Shown here piece by piece: positions 31,981 through 42,258 of a DNA stretch of 64,000 nucleotides (position 1 is its first letter; every line of letters begins with the position of its first letter). Made by a program: the position numbers and the translations under genes. Under the pieces are notes generated by a model, which was given only the letters and a program-made list of their open reading frames with translations, had not been told where the DNA came from and did no database searches. This DNA comes from Candidatus Latescibacterota bacterium (GTDB lineage: Bacteria > Latescibacterota > UBA2968 > UBA8231), in contig OZ242214.1 in assembly GCA_965206595.1 (NCBI GenBank), forward strand, positions 5,632,001 through 5,696,000, read 5' to 3'.

Positions 31981-34900
31981 CTACCCTCCATGCCCGATTC
32001 TCTCTCTTAATGCTTTAAGGTCTTCGGTGTCCTTCTCCAAGCCCCCAATTGTTTCATCGGTCAACCTGATGCGAAATTCATACCGTTTGGTAGGAACGCT
32101 CAGAGGCTGTTGGCTGGTGACGTCCCAGGAATCCGTGTCCACCGGCTGGTATCCGCTGGTACCTGCCCATTGAACTTCGCGCCCTGCCCTCCTCAATTCT
32201 TCGAGGGGTCGCCAGACCCAACGTATTTCGTATCCTTGTCCATCTTCCGGGAAAAGGATTGCCATAAAGTATTCATCGGTCGATCCTTCAAACCCAAGGG
32301 CTTTTCCGCATTGTAGACCGGACCAATGGAACGTGCCTGGACGGCGAGCTGCGTGCTTGACTTCAATGTGGATCCTGGGGGAACCGAAAATTACGAAGTC
32401 ACTCTCCCTGTTCTCGTCATCCCTGTCGTGACGCACCACAGAGCCGGGAAAGGCTCTCTTAAGCTTTTCTGCGAGCCAATCCTCCGCTGCAAGACCCGCC
32501 TCAGGTCGGGGTCTTGGCCCTGCACTCGTGGGGTTACTATCCTGCCTCGAGTCACTCCCAGACGGCTCCAACGGCTCGACTTGGCCACCAGTTTGCGGCG
32601 ATCGGAGATCCTGCTCTTCTACTCTCTCTGAAGGTGTATCGTCGCTGCTGGACGACTGTTCTTCAGAGGGCGGAGCCTCTTCCCAGGTCCTCCCGGCGTC
32701 TAGGATGTCATCTTCGGTTACTCCTTCCTGTCGCAGACGATCCAGATACTCTTCCATATCAGACTCACGCAGGAGGTTCTCAAACATGGAGGCACGATCA
32801 TCCTCTTGTGCGATCCAAACGGCCAACCCATGCCCCAAGGCCCTCCATTTGTCCTTATCAAGGTTGACGAGCAACCGATGGTCCTCAGTCAGCCATGACA
32901 GGACGTCGACATCAGTCACAGGAAAACCGTTCCTATCGAGCCGCAGCCGCAGCCCCTTTACGGCCTCGAGGTCCAATTCATCCGGCAACTGTTCCGCGAG
33001 ATTTGCAGCCAAACTCAAGCCCTTGCGTCGGTCGCGGTAGCGTTGAAAAACAACCGCTTCTCATAATGGTCTGAAGTCTCGTGGACGGGCTCCGCTTGGA
33101 GAACATCGGAGAGGGGCTTAATCCCAAGTCGCTTGGGCGCCCGTTCGCCCGCGCTCAACCTGATGATGAAAATCCTGTATCCTTCCCGGAGAATCTTGTC
33201 CCGAACCTCGTCGAAATGTGGTTGGTCTACATGAAAGACTTGGCAGGGGGGCGCGAACTCCAATTCCCCAGATCCGTCCTTCCAGACAATGCATGGGATG
33301 TCGATGTCCTCAGGTAATTCCTCTACCAGTTCAAGCTGCAGGTATCTTCGATAGAGAGCTTCACAAATCCTCTCAGGGAAATCATCCACCCGCCGGAACA
33401 ATTCGGGGAGTTTTCGCATCCAAGAGTGCCAATCCACGGGGTCGGCCGGCAGCTGATCACGTACTGCAAGAAAACGCAATGCAGGGTCAATCTGCTGATA
33501 CCACTCTTCGTTTTCGAAACCGCCTCTATCAACCTCTGGAAGAAGGCCCCTCAGGCCTCTACCCGGTAGGAATGTCTTGCGCGGAGCAACCCACCGGCCA
33601 TCATGAAACAAAGCCTCTTTGCAAGGCAACCACTCCTCATTACGAAGCTGGTGAGCCGCGAAGGATTCGTCCGCCCAGTGCCTCTCCCCTTTCTTCTCAA
33701 AGTAGCGACTCCTGTAGTACCTGGCCCTCTTCTGCTCCAAGGCCCCGACGAGGGGAAGCATCGTTCTGATGACAATGGCTGGTGTACCTTCATGCCACTG
33801 GAGGAGACAGTCAGGAAAGCATTCAATTCTCCAATCGACCAGCCATCTATAGTAACTGGGAATCTGATCCCTGTAGCTCTCTAGGAGATGGTTATCAGGC
33901 AGGCCCCTTACATGGCGAACTTTGGGTTCCCATGACACGCCAGACCAGCGCAGAAATCCCATCCATTGGTCCTGATCGGCTTCACCTCCTTTGATACTCG
34001 CCGGCCAGTCCTTGAAGGAACGTAGGACTCCTCTGTCTCTGATTCCTGCAAAATACCGGTCGAACGCCCGAGGACCCGACCATGCTTCACCGGCGTAGCA
34101 GTCAGCGGCTGGCAGCCATCCCTTGTCCGTGGGGAGGCGTAGGGTTTTGGCCGTTTGGTCCCGTAGTATCTCCCCCTTGTTCTTTCTCCCGTCTGGATCG
34201 TCGATCCATGGTGCCGTTGCCCCGAACTCGTGCCTCTGGGACCAGCGTAGAACCTGGCGCAATGCTGCCCATCCGCGGACCTCCCACTGTGGCAATTCCC
34301 AAGTGGCGATGAATGGCAACAGGGCGTATTCGAGAAATTCCCTTTGCCCCCGGAGTACTCGCGCCGCAAGCAGCTCCCGCCAGAATGGAGCGGTCTCCTT
34401 GTCAGAGGTCTCTTCCTCCCACTGGTTCAACTCCTCCCGCATCTTGGGGTGTAACGAATCAGCGGGGAGCCAATTTGGCCAGTCTGGCGGACGCTTGATC
34501 AACAAAGGATGGGAGCCGTCCAGGGCACGCACGCCTGTGTCCGTGCACCAACAGGGCACTTGCCGCAGGACCGCAGCGAACTCGCCTGCCCTTTCTAGGG
34601 ACGACACGAGGACCCGCCAGCTCTCGATACACTCACGGAGCGAGCCATTGCAGCAGAAGCGGAGCAGCCTGACGAAATCTGCTCCATCAAGGTTCCTTCC
34701 GTTGAGTTTTCGGAGCACAGGCCTGAGCTTCAGCAGATCAGGCGTGAGCAGCCTCGCTTGGCGCACCTCTTGGGGATCGTGTCGCAGTACCGCTCCCAGT
34801 CCATTGTCCCAAATCTGTACCTCCCGGGGCTTGACTCGCTCGCCGCCGATGACAGGAATGAAAGGCGTTTCAAGAAGCTGGGTTCTGATTTGGTTCTGGA

Positions 34901-36041
34901 GGATGTTCAGGGGAGTGTGGTCATGGTCGGCGACGACTTCACCAAATGCCTCTAGAGCGCATCGCGGCGGAATCTCTTTGAGAACATCTCGGAGCAGTTG
35001 GGCGAAGTCCTTGAGAATGTTCTCGTCGTTTTCTCCCTTTCGAGTGCGTTTCCGGTTGTGCTCAAGGTCGAAAGACGCATGAAGGAGAGCGCGTGCGGCG
35101 CTGTCCTCCTCAGTTGGGAAAAAGACATGAAGGGGAGTGGGACTATCACATGGAACAGGCAAGCCATGTCTTGTTGGTAGACAGATGCCGACCGTCAACT
35201 GCTTGCTGGTCTCGGTTGGAGCCGGTCGTTGGAGGATCCATCGGCGCCAAGATGTGGTCAAAGAATCCCCGCGGACCCTGGAGGAAAGCGTTACCTCACC
35301 ACTGGCGAACCCAGGGCACGATCTCCTTATCTCGTGGGATGTTTCGGAACCAGATATGTACAGACGGACGCAGACCAATTCCTGGGTGAGGAGCAGGAAC
35401 TTGTGATCAAGCGCGTTCAACCTGTCGACAGTCGTTATGCGAGCTTCGCTGTTGCGGAAGGGAAGCCGAATGACAGTTGTGTAGCCTGACCCTAGTAGTG
35501 TCTGAGTGCGCGAACTTGGCGGGCACTCATGGGGAATCCGGAAGGTCAAGGGAGGTGGGCTGGTGTTTGGGAATCCCTCCCGTAGTAGGCTTTGAGTCTT
35601 CTTTGCGGAGAACTGGAAATGAAAGGAGCCGGAGTGGATTTCCGGTGCATCGGTTATTTCCAGCACCGCCTTGAAACCCAACCCTTTTGATCCAATTAGA
35701 TCATCACTTGAACGCCCGGTGCCCATGGCGTCATCCGCGTTCTGAAGAAGCTCCCAGATGAACCGGCCATCATAATCGTGAGCGGTTTCCTCCTCGTCCC
35801 TGAAGTCAGAAGTCATTCGATTGACATCTGTCCGGTAGACTTCCAATTCCTTTTCGAGAATGGCCTCAGTGAGGTGTTCATCACTGGCGTCAAAATGGTC
35901 CGTTACATTACCAGAGAGCTTGTCGCTCAGGTGAGACGCGCAGGCGCTGATAACACCTGTTCGGGAGAAAGGGCGCCCGCCGTTAGCTACAAGCAAAGCG
36001 TCTTCAGCGACTTCAAAGAGTAGATCCTTGTTTTCTTGCAT
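31981..36041 (-). CDS. Large sacsin-like GHKL ATPase with C-terminal DUF3883 (NO VEIN-C, PD-(D/E)xK) nuclease; split by a frameshift near 33046-33050
   Basis: ORF 33015-36041: ANGGRPFS, WELLQNADDA, IGSKGLGFKAV, TTVIRLPF, LHVFFPT, LHASF. ORF 31981-33018: GLAAEDW...SDFVI...IHIEVK. Adding one base to the A5 run joins them (...KRLFFQRYRDRRKGLSLAAN...). Confidence 0.8.
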
Positions 36042-36050
36042 GCGCTTCCT

Positions 36051-38762
36051 CTACTCGATGCCAGCGGATCGCCGTTCTTTCAACCGTGCCAAGTCCTTCC
36101 GGACGTCCCCGGCGACCTCCTCGACCTCTTTGGGCACACGCGGCTTGCGGCCGAGTTCCAGTTCGAGCGCCGTAGTGAGCGGCAGAAAAAGCTTCGCGGA
36201 TGGAGATGCCTGGATAATCTCGATCATTGCCTCCGCCCCCAGATCGATGCTGAACTCCATCAATTCGTAGTGGATTTCCGGTAGCGAATCGCCGTCCGGT
36301 AGAATCTTCAGGACCTTCTGGATGTCTTTCGCACACCTCTTGGGGTTGCCGCTGCGCAGGCTCGCTTTCGCCCGGATCACGTGCGCACAGCGCAGATTTC
36401 CCTGCGATTGCGTGCCTCTGTCATCGATTACCTGGCTAGCGGCATTTGCGGCCGCCTCGTACCGCCGGCACTCCAGCTCTAGTTCGGCTTTTTCGAGGAG
36501 GGCGTCCTCTGCCCGTGCACGAAGCTCGGAAGAATCGCTGCCCCGAAATCGCTCTACGGCACCCTCAAGAGCCGCCCGGCTTTCCTCAACCCTGCCCAAG
36601 TCCCGGAGTGCCATCCCCTTATAGGTCAAGGCTGCAGCCTGCGCTTCGAGAAGGTCCGGTGTCTGGCTCTCGCCGAATCGCCTGAGCACCTCCTCATAGG
36701 CAGCCAATTCTTCCTCTGGTCGGTCCAACTCGCCAAGTGCGGCCCCCTTGTTGACAAGAGCCTTGGCTACCATCTCGAGAGTGTCCGCTGTTTCGCTCTC
36801 CTCGAATCGGCGTACTACCTCTTCGTAGACGGCCAGCGATTCCTTGGTTCGGCCCAGTTCCCCTAGTGCGACCCCCTTCCTGAAGAGGGCCCTGGCGAGC
36901 AACCCAAGATGGAACTCCGTTTCGCTCTCTCCGAGTCGGCGTTCCACATCGCCATAGGCGGCCAGTGCCTCCTCCGGTCGGTTCAGGGCCGCGAGGGCAA
37001 CGCCCTTACAGAAGAGGGCTGCGACGACCGATTCAAGAATCTCTGGTGACGGACACTCGCCGAATCGATTCACGACCTCTTGGCAGGCGACCTGCGCCTG
37101 CTCCGTCCGGTCGAGCTGGGCGAGTGTGATTCCCTTATTGAGAAGGGCGCTGGCGACCATCTCGACATGAACCTCGGTATCGTCCTCACCGAACCCCCAT
37201 CCCGCCTCCTCATAAACGGCCAGTGCCTCCTCATAGCCCGCAAGTGCTTCCTCCGGCCTGCCCAGCTCTCCGAGAGCCTCCGCTTTGCAGAAGAGGGCCA
37301 TGGCGACCAGTTGGAAGACCTCGGGTGACCGAATCTCCCCGAACCGCCGCACCACCTCGTCCCAGGTGGCCAGCGACCCCTCCGGGTCTTGCTCCTGCAA
37401 CTCGACCGCTCTCAGCAAGAGCGCCCTCGCATCCACCAGCTCTTCGGGTTCCTCCTCGGGAAGGAGCGCAAGCAGCTCTTCTCGATGCCCGGCCAGCGCT
37501 GGCAGCTGCACCAGCTGTTCAAGCGCCGTCCGGTGCAACGATCGCATCTCCCCGTCCAAGGTTCGCTCCTCCCGGGCCATGCTTGCTCCAATGTTCCTCA
37601 ACTCGGAGCGAGAGTAGAAGGCTTCCATGAACTGGATGAGGGCCTGGATCAGGGAGTCCGGTCCGCCGTTGCGGCGCAGCAGGTAGTAAATGTTGTACAG
37701 CCGTTCGGTCAGGTAGTACTGCTTGCGCCGGAGGCTGCCGCCTATAACCTGGACGACTCCCCGTTCGGTGAGGCGCGCGAGTTGGGCGCTGCACTTGCTC
37801 GTCTCGATCCGGCAGCGCTCCGCGATCTCCCGCGTGGTCGCCGGCTTCCACAAGTCGGCCAGCGCCAGGTAGACCCGCCGCTCCTGGGCTGGGAGGGCCT
37901 CTATGTGGCTTTTGAAGTACTCCGTATGCTCGTCCACGAGGTCGAGGAGATCGTCCATCAGCTCGCCGAAGGAGAGCCCCGGGCCGAAGCCTGCCACGAT
38001 GGCCACGAGGCGGGGGCTGCCGCCGGTGAGAATCTCCAGTGGCCGGATCGTCTGGCGCGGGGGGCGCTGGCCGGAGACCGTTTCCCACAGCACGGCGCAC
38101 TCCCCGGTATCGAGCGGCTGCAGCGTGCGTACCCGCAACAGGTCGTAGAGGGCGTGTTCCGGGTGGTCGATCTCGGCGAAACGGCTGGTGGCGCTGGCGA
38201 GCAGGATGATGCGCGGCTCGGTCTGTAGGATCTTGCGCAGCCGCCAGCCGGCGTCACGGTCCGCCATGTCACGGAACATCATGTTCAGGTTCTCGACCAT
38301 CAGCACGAGCCGCTTGTCCTCGCGGTCGGAGAAGTCGAGGAGCGCGCCGAGGCAGCGTTCGCCGAGGGTCTGGTCGTCCTTAATGGCGCGCAGGTCCCGG
38401 CAGGTGAGGCGCAGGTCCGGAGCGTCGTCCCGGGGCGGCGCCTGGTCCGCCAGCCGGGAGAGGGCTTCGAGCCAGAACTCCCCGGCGCGGGCGACCTCGT
38501 AGCTCTCCTCGGCGAAGACAACGGGAAAGAAGCGGGGCGACAGCTCCGGGTCTTGGCGGACCTCTGCCGCCACGCGCAGGAGCAGGATGGTCTTGCCGCT
38601 GCCACGCGGACCGATCACGATCTGGTGCGGGTTCGAGGTACCGGTGCATCCGCGCAGCATCTCGACGATGGAGTCGAACTCCACCTTGCGCACGCAGAAC
38701 GAGGCAGTCAGCTCCTCGTCGGTGAGAAACCCCGGGTTGAATTTCCGGGCGGTCACGGTCAT
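36051..38762 (-). CDS. P-loop ATPase (STAND-like) with winged helix and TPR-like repeats
   Basis: MTVTARKFNPGFLTDEEL; Walker A GPRGSGKT; variant Walker B LVLMVENL; TGGSPR; wHTH (TTREIAE...CSAQLARLTERGVV); about seven 43-aa helical repeats; ATGA overlap with the upstream gene. Confidence 0.85.
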   Translation of the reverse strand: MTVTARKFNPGFLTDEELTASFCVRKVEFDSIVEMLRGCTGTSNPHQIVIGPRGSGKTILLLRVAAEVRQDPELSPRFFPVVFAEESYEVARAGEFWLEALSRLADQAPPRDDAPDLRLTCRDLRAIKDDQTLGERCLGALLDFSDREDKRLVLMVENLNMMFRDMADRDAGWRLRKILQTEPRIILLASATSRFAEIDHPEHALYDLLRVRTLQPLDTGECAVLWETVSGQRPPRQTIRPLEILTGGSPRLVAIVAGFGPGLSFGELMDDLLDLVDEHTEYFKSHIEALPAQERRVYLALADLWKPATTREIAERCRIETSKCSAQLARLTERGVVQVIGGSLRRKQYYLTERLYNIYYLLRRNGGPDSLIQALIQFMEAFYSRSELRNIGASMAREERTLDGEMRSLHRTALEQLVQLPALAGHREELLALLPEEEPEELVDARALLLRAVELQEQDPEGSLATWDEVVRRFGEIRSPEVFQLVAMALFCKAEALGELGRPEEALAGYEEALAVYEEAGWGFGEDDTEVHVEMVASALLNKGITLAQLDRTEQAQVACQEVVNRFGECPSPEILESVVAALFCKGVALAALNRPEEALAAYGDVERRLGESETEFHLGLLARALFRKGVALGELGRTKESLAVYEEVVRRFEESETADTLEMVAKALVNKGAALGELDRPEEELAAYEEVLRRFGESQTPDLLEAQAAALTYKGMALRDLGRVEESRAALEGAVERFRGSDSSELRARAEDALLEKAELELECRRYEAAANAASQVIDDRGTQSQGNLRCAHVIRAKASLRSGNPKRCAKDIQKVLKILPDGDSLPEIHYELMEFSIDLGAEAMIEIIQASPSAKLFLPLTTALELELGRKPRVPKEVEEVAGDVRKDLARLKERRSAGIE

Positions 38763-40009
38763 CGCCGTTCGATTGGGGTGAAGTATCCGCCGTGCCGGGC
38801 GCGCCACCAGTCTTCGAGGAGCCCGGAAACAAACCGGTAGCCGTCTCCGTGTCGCTCCAGATACCCATCGTGTTCGAGCAGGAGAAGCACCTCCTGGACC
38901 GCCACCGGATCACCGCCGGCTTCCTCCCGCTCCTCGAACTCGCGATATCGGGCGATGGCATCGGCCCGCAACCCACCTTCACTCACCGAGGCCTCGGTCA
39001 GGATCTCAAGCGCGGTCCGGTAGCCCTCCCTCCCGAGCACCATCTTCAGCCGCCCCTCATAATGCTCCATATCCATCTGTCCGCGGACCCCGAGCATCTC
39101 GGAGGTGTACACGCGCTCCACATCTTCCATCGTGGCTTTGCGCCGGCCGGCGCGGCGCAGGTGCTCGTGGAGGTGGTCGAAAAACTGCTGGACGTGGTGG
39201 GGGATCTGGCATCGCAGCCTCCGGCACATCTCCAGGCGAACGCCAAGCGGAAGGTCGAGGCCGTAGGACTGCGCCAGAGCCGCAAGGCAGCCCGCCGCCG
39301 TCTCGTCGTCCCAGGCCTTCAGATCGAAGGGAGAGTATATATTCGCGTGGGCGCTGAGCCCGGCCTGTACCAGGATCGGCTCCAGACTTACGCTGCCGGC
39401 GAGAATCAGGCAGACGCGGCCTCGATGGGCCTGGGCGTTCTTGCGGAGCCAGCCCATGAACTCATCCGCCGCCCGCCGCCGCTCCGAGGTTATGTGGTGG
39501 TCACCTCCCTTGAGCAGCCGGTTGACGAGAATCGGGAGCTCGTCGATGGCGAGCACCACCGGCCTGTCGCTTTCGGACAGGGCCGCGAAGACCTCGTCCC
39601 CTTTCTGTCGCCAGTTCCCGGCGTCGATCCCGGCCCGGAGCTTGACCAGAACCTCGTCGACGGACACCGAATCGACTCGATCCCGAACCTCTCTCAGGGT
39701 GCTGGCGAATCCGGACTTGATCCGCTGCCAAGCGCCGTGTACCGGCCGCGACCGGGCCCCGATCTCGGCGATGGCGTCCGCCGGGGAGGCAGCGTCCTCC
39801 AGGTCGACGAAGACCGGTTGGAAGCGCCCCTGTGTGTCCAAGCGGCGCAGCAGCTCCCGGACCAGGCTCGTCTTGCCCATCCGCCGCTGCGCGGTCAGCA
39901 AGGTATGGGCGCCGTCCCTGACCCGCTCGGCGAGGGCTTCGAGATCCGCATCCCGGTTGAAGAACCGATCCCCTTCGACCCAGTTGGCTCCGGCTTTCTT
40001 GAGTACCAT
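38759..40009 (-). CDS. P-loop ATPase (AAA/STAND-like) with C-terminal winged helix
   Basis: WVEGDRFFNR, Walker A AQRRMGKTS, FVDLE, Walker B VVLAIDELP, AGSVSL, LEHDGYL...YRFVSGLLEDWW. Confidence 0.85.
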   Translation of the reverse strand: MVLKKAGANWVEGDRFFNRDADLEALAERVRDGAHTLLTAQRRMGKTSLVRELLRRLDTQGRFQPVFVDLEDAASPADAIAEIGARSRPVHGAWQRIKSGFASTLREVRDRVDSVSVDEVLVKLRAGIDAGNWRQKGDEVFAALSESDRPVVLAIDELPILVNRLLKGGDHHITSERRRAADEFMGWLRKNAQAHRGRVCLILAGSVSLEPILVQAGLSAHANIYSPFDLKAWDDETAAGCLAALAQSYGLDLPLGVRLEMCRRLRCQIPHHVQQFFDHLHEHLRRAGRRKATMEDVERVYTSEMLGVRGQMDMEHYEGRLKMVLGREGYRTALEILTEASVSEGGLRADAIARYREFEEREEAGGDPVAVQEVLLLLEHDGYLERHGDGYRFVSGLLEDWWRARHGGYFTPIERR

Positions 40010-40019
40010 TGGTGCGCCT

Positions 40020-40074
40020 TTTCGCAACGAATTCGCTGGCAACAATCATGTTGGCAACGAATGTGTTGGCAAAC
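40020..40074. repeat. Four 15-bp-period repeats with palindromic core GTTG-G-CAAC (operator-like)
   Basis: GCAA at 40024, 40039, 40054 and 40069; units TTTCGCAACGAATTC / GCTGGCAACAATCAT / GTTGGCAACGAATGT / GTTGGCAAAC. Confidence 0.7.
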
Positions 40075-40086
40075 TGGAGGTGTGTC

Positions 40087-40296
40087 AAGAAGGACCTCCG
40101 GTTCAACCTCGATTACGGTCAGCCCGAGTTCCCTGCAGCGCGCGAGACTCAGGTCGTCCACTTCGTCGACAACCTCTCGGACGACGTGAACCGGCGCCAG
40201 GTGCTGAACGACAAGGGCGAGAATCGATAGATCCGAATCCCGGTAGTCGATCAGTACGTTCGCGTCCGACAGAAGGACCGCCGGGCGATCAGGCAT
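40087..40296 (-). pseudogene. Truncated PIN-domain protein (N-terminal ~70 aa)
   Basis: VLLSDANVLIDY and VVREVVDEV (first two PIN acidic positions); homology ends at about residue 70 and the ORF runs on into unrelated repeat DNA. Confidence 0.7.
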
Positions 40297-40297
40297 C

Positions 40298-41422
40298 TCA
40301 TGTGGCCCATTCGGCGGCCAACTGACGCATATCCATCAAGGACATGCGGAGGATCTCGGCGCCCCGGCTGAGCGAGATCTCTTCGCTCTCGACCGCGCGG
40401 CGGACCAGACGGCGAAGCCGATCGTCCAGACAGTCGGTGTCGGAGAGACGATCCGGTTCCTGGCCCCGTTTTTCGTTGAACTCGTACCCGGTCAACGGCT
40501 GAGGTTCGTCGACCTTTTTCAACGTCGAGCCGAACCGCCTTCGGTGCTGCCCCTGGAAAATCCCGAAGACCTCCTTCGAGACCTCTTCCATTTCCACCAA
40601 ACGGAGCAGCACGGTCTTGTAGCTCACGTGGAAGATCCGCTTGACCTTGAGGACGCGCTCGTAAAGCGGGTGTCCTCTCGATTCCTGCCACTCCCGCTCG
40701 AAGGAGCCGCGCGGCATCAGGAAATAGCTTGCGAACTCATCGGCTTGTTTTTCCTCATCTTCGGCTTCTTCCTCCTGCGTGTGGTCGTAAGCGCCGGGGT
40801 GCAGCAGCAGGTGCCCGAGCTCGTGCGCCGCCGAAAAAATCCAGCGCTCAACCGAAATCCGATCCCAGGTATTGATGACGATCGCCGGTCCGCCGTCGTC
40901 TTCCTTGACGGAAAGGCCGAAGAACGCATCGGTCGCGCGGGGGAAGCGGAGCACCTTGATGCCGCATCTTTCCAGGATCCCGCAGATGTCGTGAATGGGC
41001 TGATCATGGAGCTTGAGGTTTTTACGCGCCTTCTCGGCGACAGCGCGTGGATCGTGCCGGCGAGGGCGGAGACCTCGCAGTTGAAAGGACGGAGAATCAT
41101 CAAACAGGTCCTCGAGGAAGCTGTAGTCGTCGAGCCAGTTGGAAACCTCCACAAGCAACTGCTCCCGCTCCCGGACACGCTTTCGAGCCCGGAAACGCAC
41201 GGTGTGCAGCCGCCGCACCGGGGTCGCGAGTTCGACGGTCGAGACCTCCAATGCGTGCGCCAACGCCCGCATGGTACCGGCGCGAGGCAGCGTCTGGCCC
41301 CGCTCGATCTTGGCCAGACCAAGACGCGACAGCTGCGCCCGATCGGCAAGGGCTTTCTGGGTCATCCCCATTGAGGCACGTAGCCGCACCACGTTGGTGC
41401 CGATTACGTTCTTGGCAGACAT
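40298..41422 (-). CDS. XRE-family HTH fused to ImmA/IrrE (COG2856) metallo-endopeptidase
   Basis: LRASMGMTQKALA...LAKIERG...LAHALEV HTH; FSAAHELGH zinc motif; EKQADEFASYFLMP. Confidence 0.93.
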   Translation of the reverse strand: MSAKNVIGTNVVRLRASMGMTQKALADRAQLSRLGLAKIERGQTLPRAGTMRALAHALEVSTVELATPVRRLHTVRFRARKRVREREQLLVEVSNWLDDYSFLEDLFDDSPSFQLRGLRPRRHDPRAVAEKARKNLKLHDQPIHDICGILERCGIKVLRFPRATDAFFGLSVKEDDGGPAIVINTWDRISVERWIFSAAHELGHLLLHPGAYDHTQEEEAEDEEKQADEFASYFLMPRGSFEREWQESRGHPLYERVLKVKRIFHVSYKTVLLRLVEMEEVSKEVFGIFQGQHRRRFGSTLKKVDEPQPLTGYEFNEKRGQEPDRLSDTDCLDDRLRRLVRRAVESEEISLSRGAEILRMSLMDMRQLAAEWAT

Positions 41423-41471
41423 CGAGGCTTCTCCCTTAATGTGTTTTCACCTGATCGGGGAGGTTGTTCGA

Positions 41472-41500
41472 AAATTACCTTATTAACAGGTTATCGTCAA
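41472..41500 (-). promoter_or_regulatory. Sigma70-type promoter for the XRE-ImmA gene with an imperfect palindrome in the spacer
   Basis: Minus strand TTGACG-N17-TAATTT; plus strand TTACCT-TATTAAC-AGGTTA dyad. Confidence 0.55.
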
Positions 41501-41529
41501 TAAGCATACTTTCATGTGCGGCCTCGGGG

Positions 41530-41700
41530 AGGGGCCAGCCCTACCCCTCCAGATAGTTCCGGATCTAGGCGGGATCGGTCAGGGCCGCCACGATCCTCAG
41601 GAGACCCCCACACGGCGGGCAGCCGCTGAAGTCGGCGGCACACACCCGGGCGAGCAGCGCCGCCCACCCCAGGCGATGGCGGCAGGGCGGAGCGCTCGAA
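41530..41700 (-). pseudogene. IS91-family transposase C-terminal remnant
   Basis: Manual translation RHRLGWAALLARVCAADFSGCPPCGGLLRIVAALTDPA*IRNYLEG*G, with two in-frame stops. Confidence 0.75.
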
Positions 41701-41779
41701 TCGCGGTCCGTCGGGAGAGCATCAGTGGGTCAGGGGAAACAACCGCCGTTGCCCATACCATAGAAACGGAGCACGACTG

Positions 41780-41977
41780 ATGACCGTATCGGAAGTTCAG
41801 CAGCCGATCATTAGCCTTTCCAAATATCCGACTACGCTTAACTGAGGCGGTGGCTCAATGAATACGACTGGAAGAGTGGGATCGACAGATCGAAGCGGAT
41901 CGGACGAAGGAAAGTTGGACTTTCTGTTGGCTCAGGCCACAGAAGCCAAACCACATTGCCCCTTGGAAGACCTGTAG
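41780..41977 (+). pseudogene. Degenerate small antitoxin-like gene
   Basis: Stitching frames gives MTVSEVQQ.IISLS...LRRWLNEYDW..WDRQIEAD.DEGKLDFLLAQATEAK...LEDL-stop, like small WDRQIExD antitoxins; no toxin follows. Confidence 0.5.
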
Positions 41978-42258
41978 TGGGTCAGCTCTGGCTTCGGTCC
42001 ACAACCGCCTTCGCCTTTGCCATGCGGCCGCGTTCTCGGGCCCGACCCAGCGCCACCGCAGACTTTGCTACCACTCGGAAGCCATCAGGAGCGGGTCAAA
42101 TTGTTCTACCCGACGCAGTGGCGGACGAGATTCTTGACGCATTTGTCACACAGGCAGTACTCCCCTCGTCCAAGAAATCGTGGGGCGTTATGTGGGATCG
42201 AGTGGTTGCTCTGGATGCTAACACGTTGAGTCGGCAAATGGAATTCCTTACGTACGCG

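Noticed and set aside
33040-33060. Programmed -1 frameshift joining the two halves of the GHKL-DUF3883 gene
   Set aside because: G TTT TTC is an imperfect slippery site and similar indels occur elsewhere, so an assembly error is simpler; not fully excluded.
40020-40074. CRISPR array or DGR-like repeat
   Set aside because: The units are contiguous 15-mers without spacers; no cas or reverse transcriptase gene is in the window.
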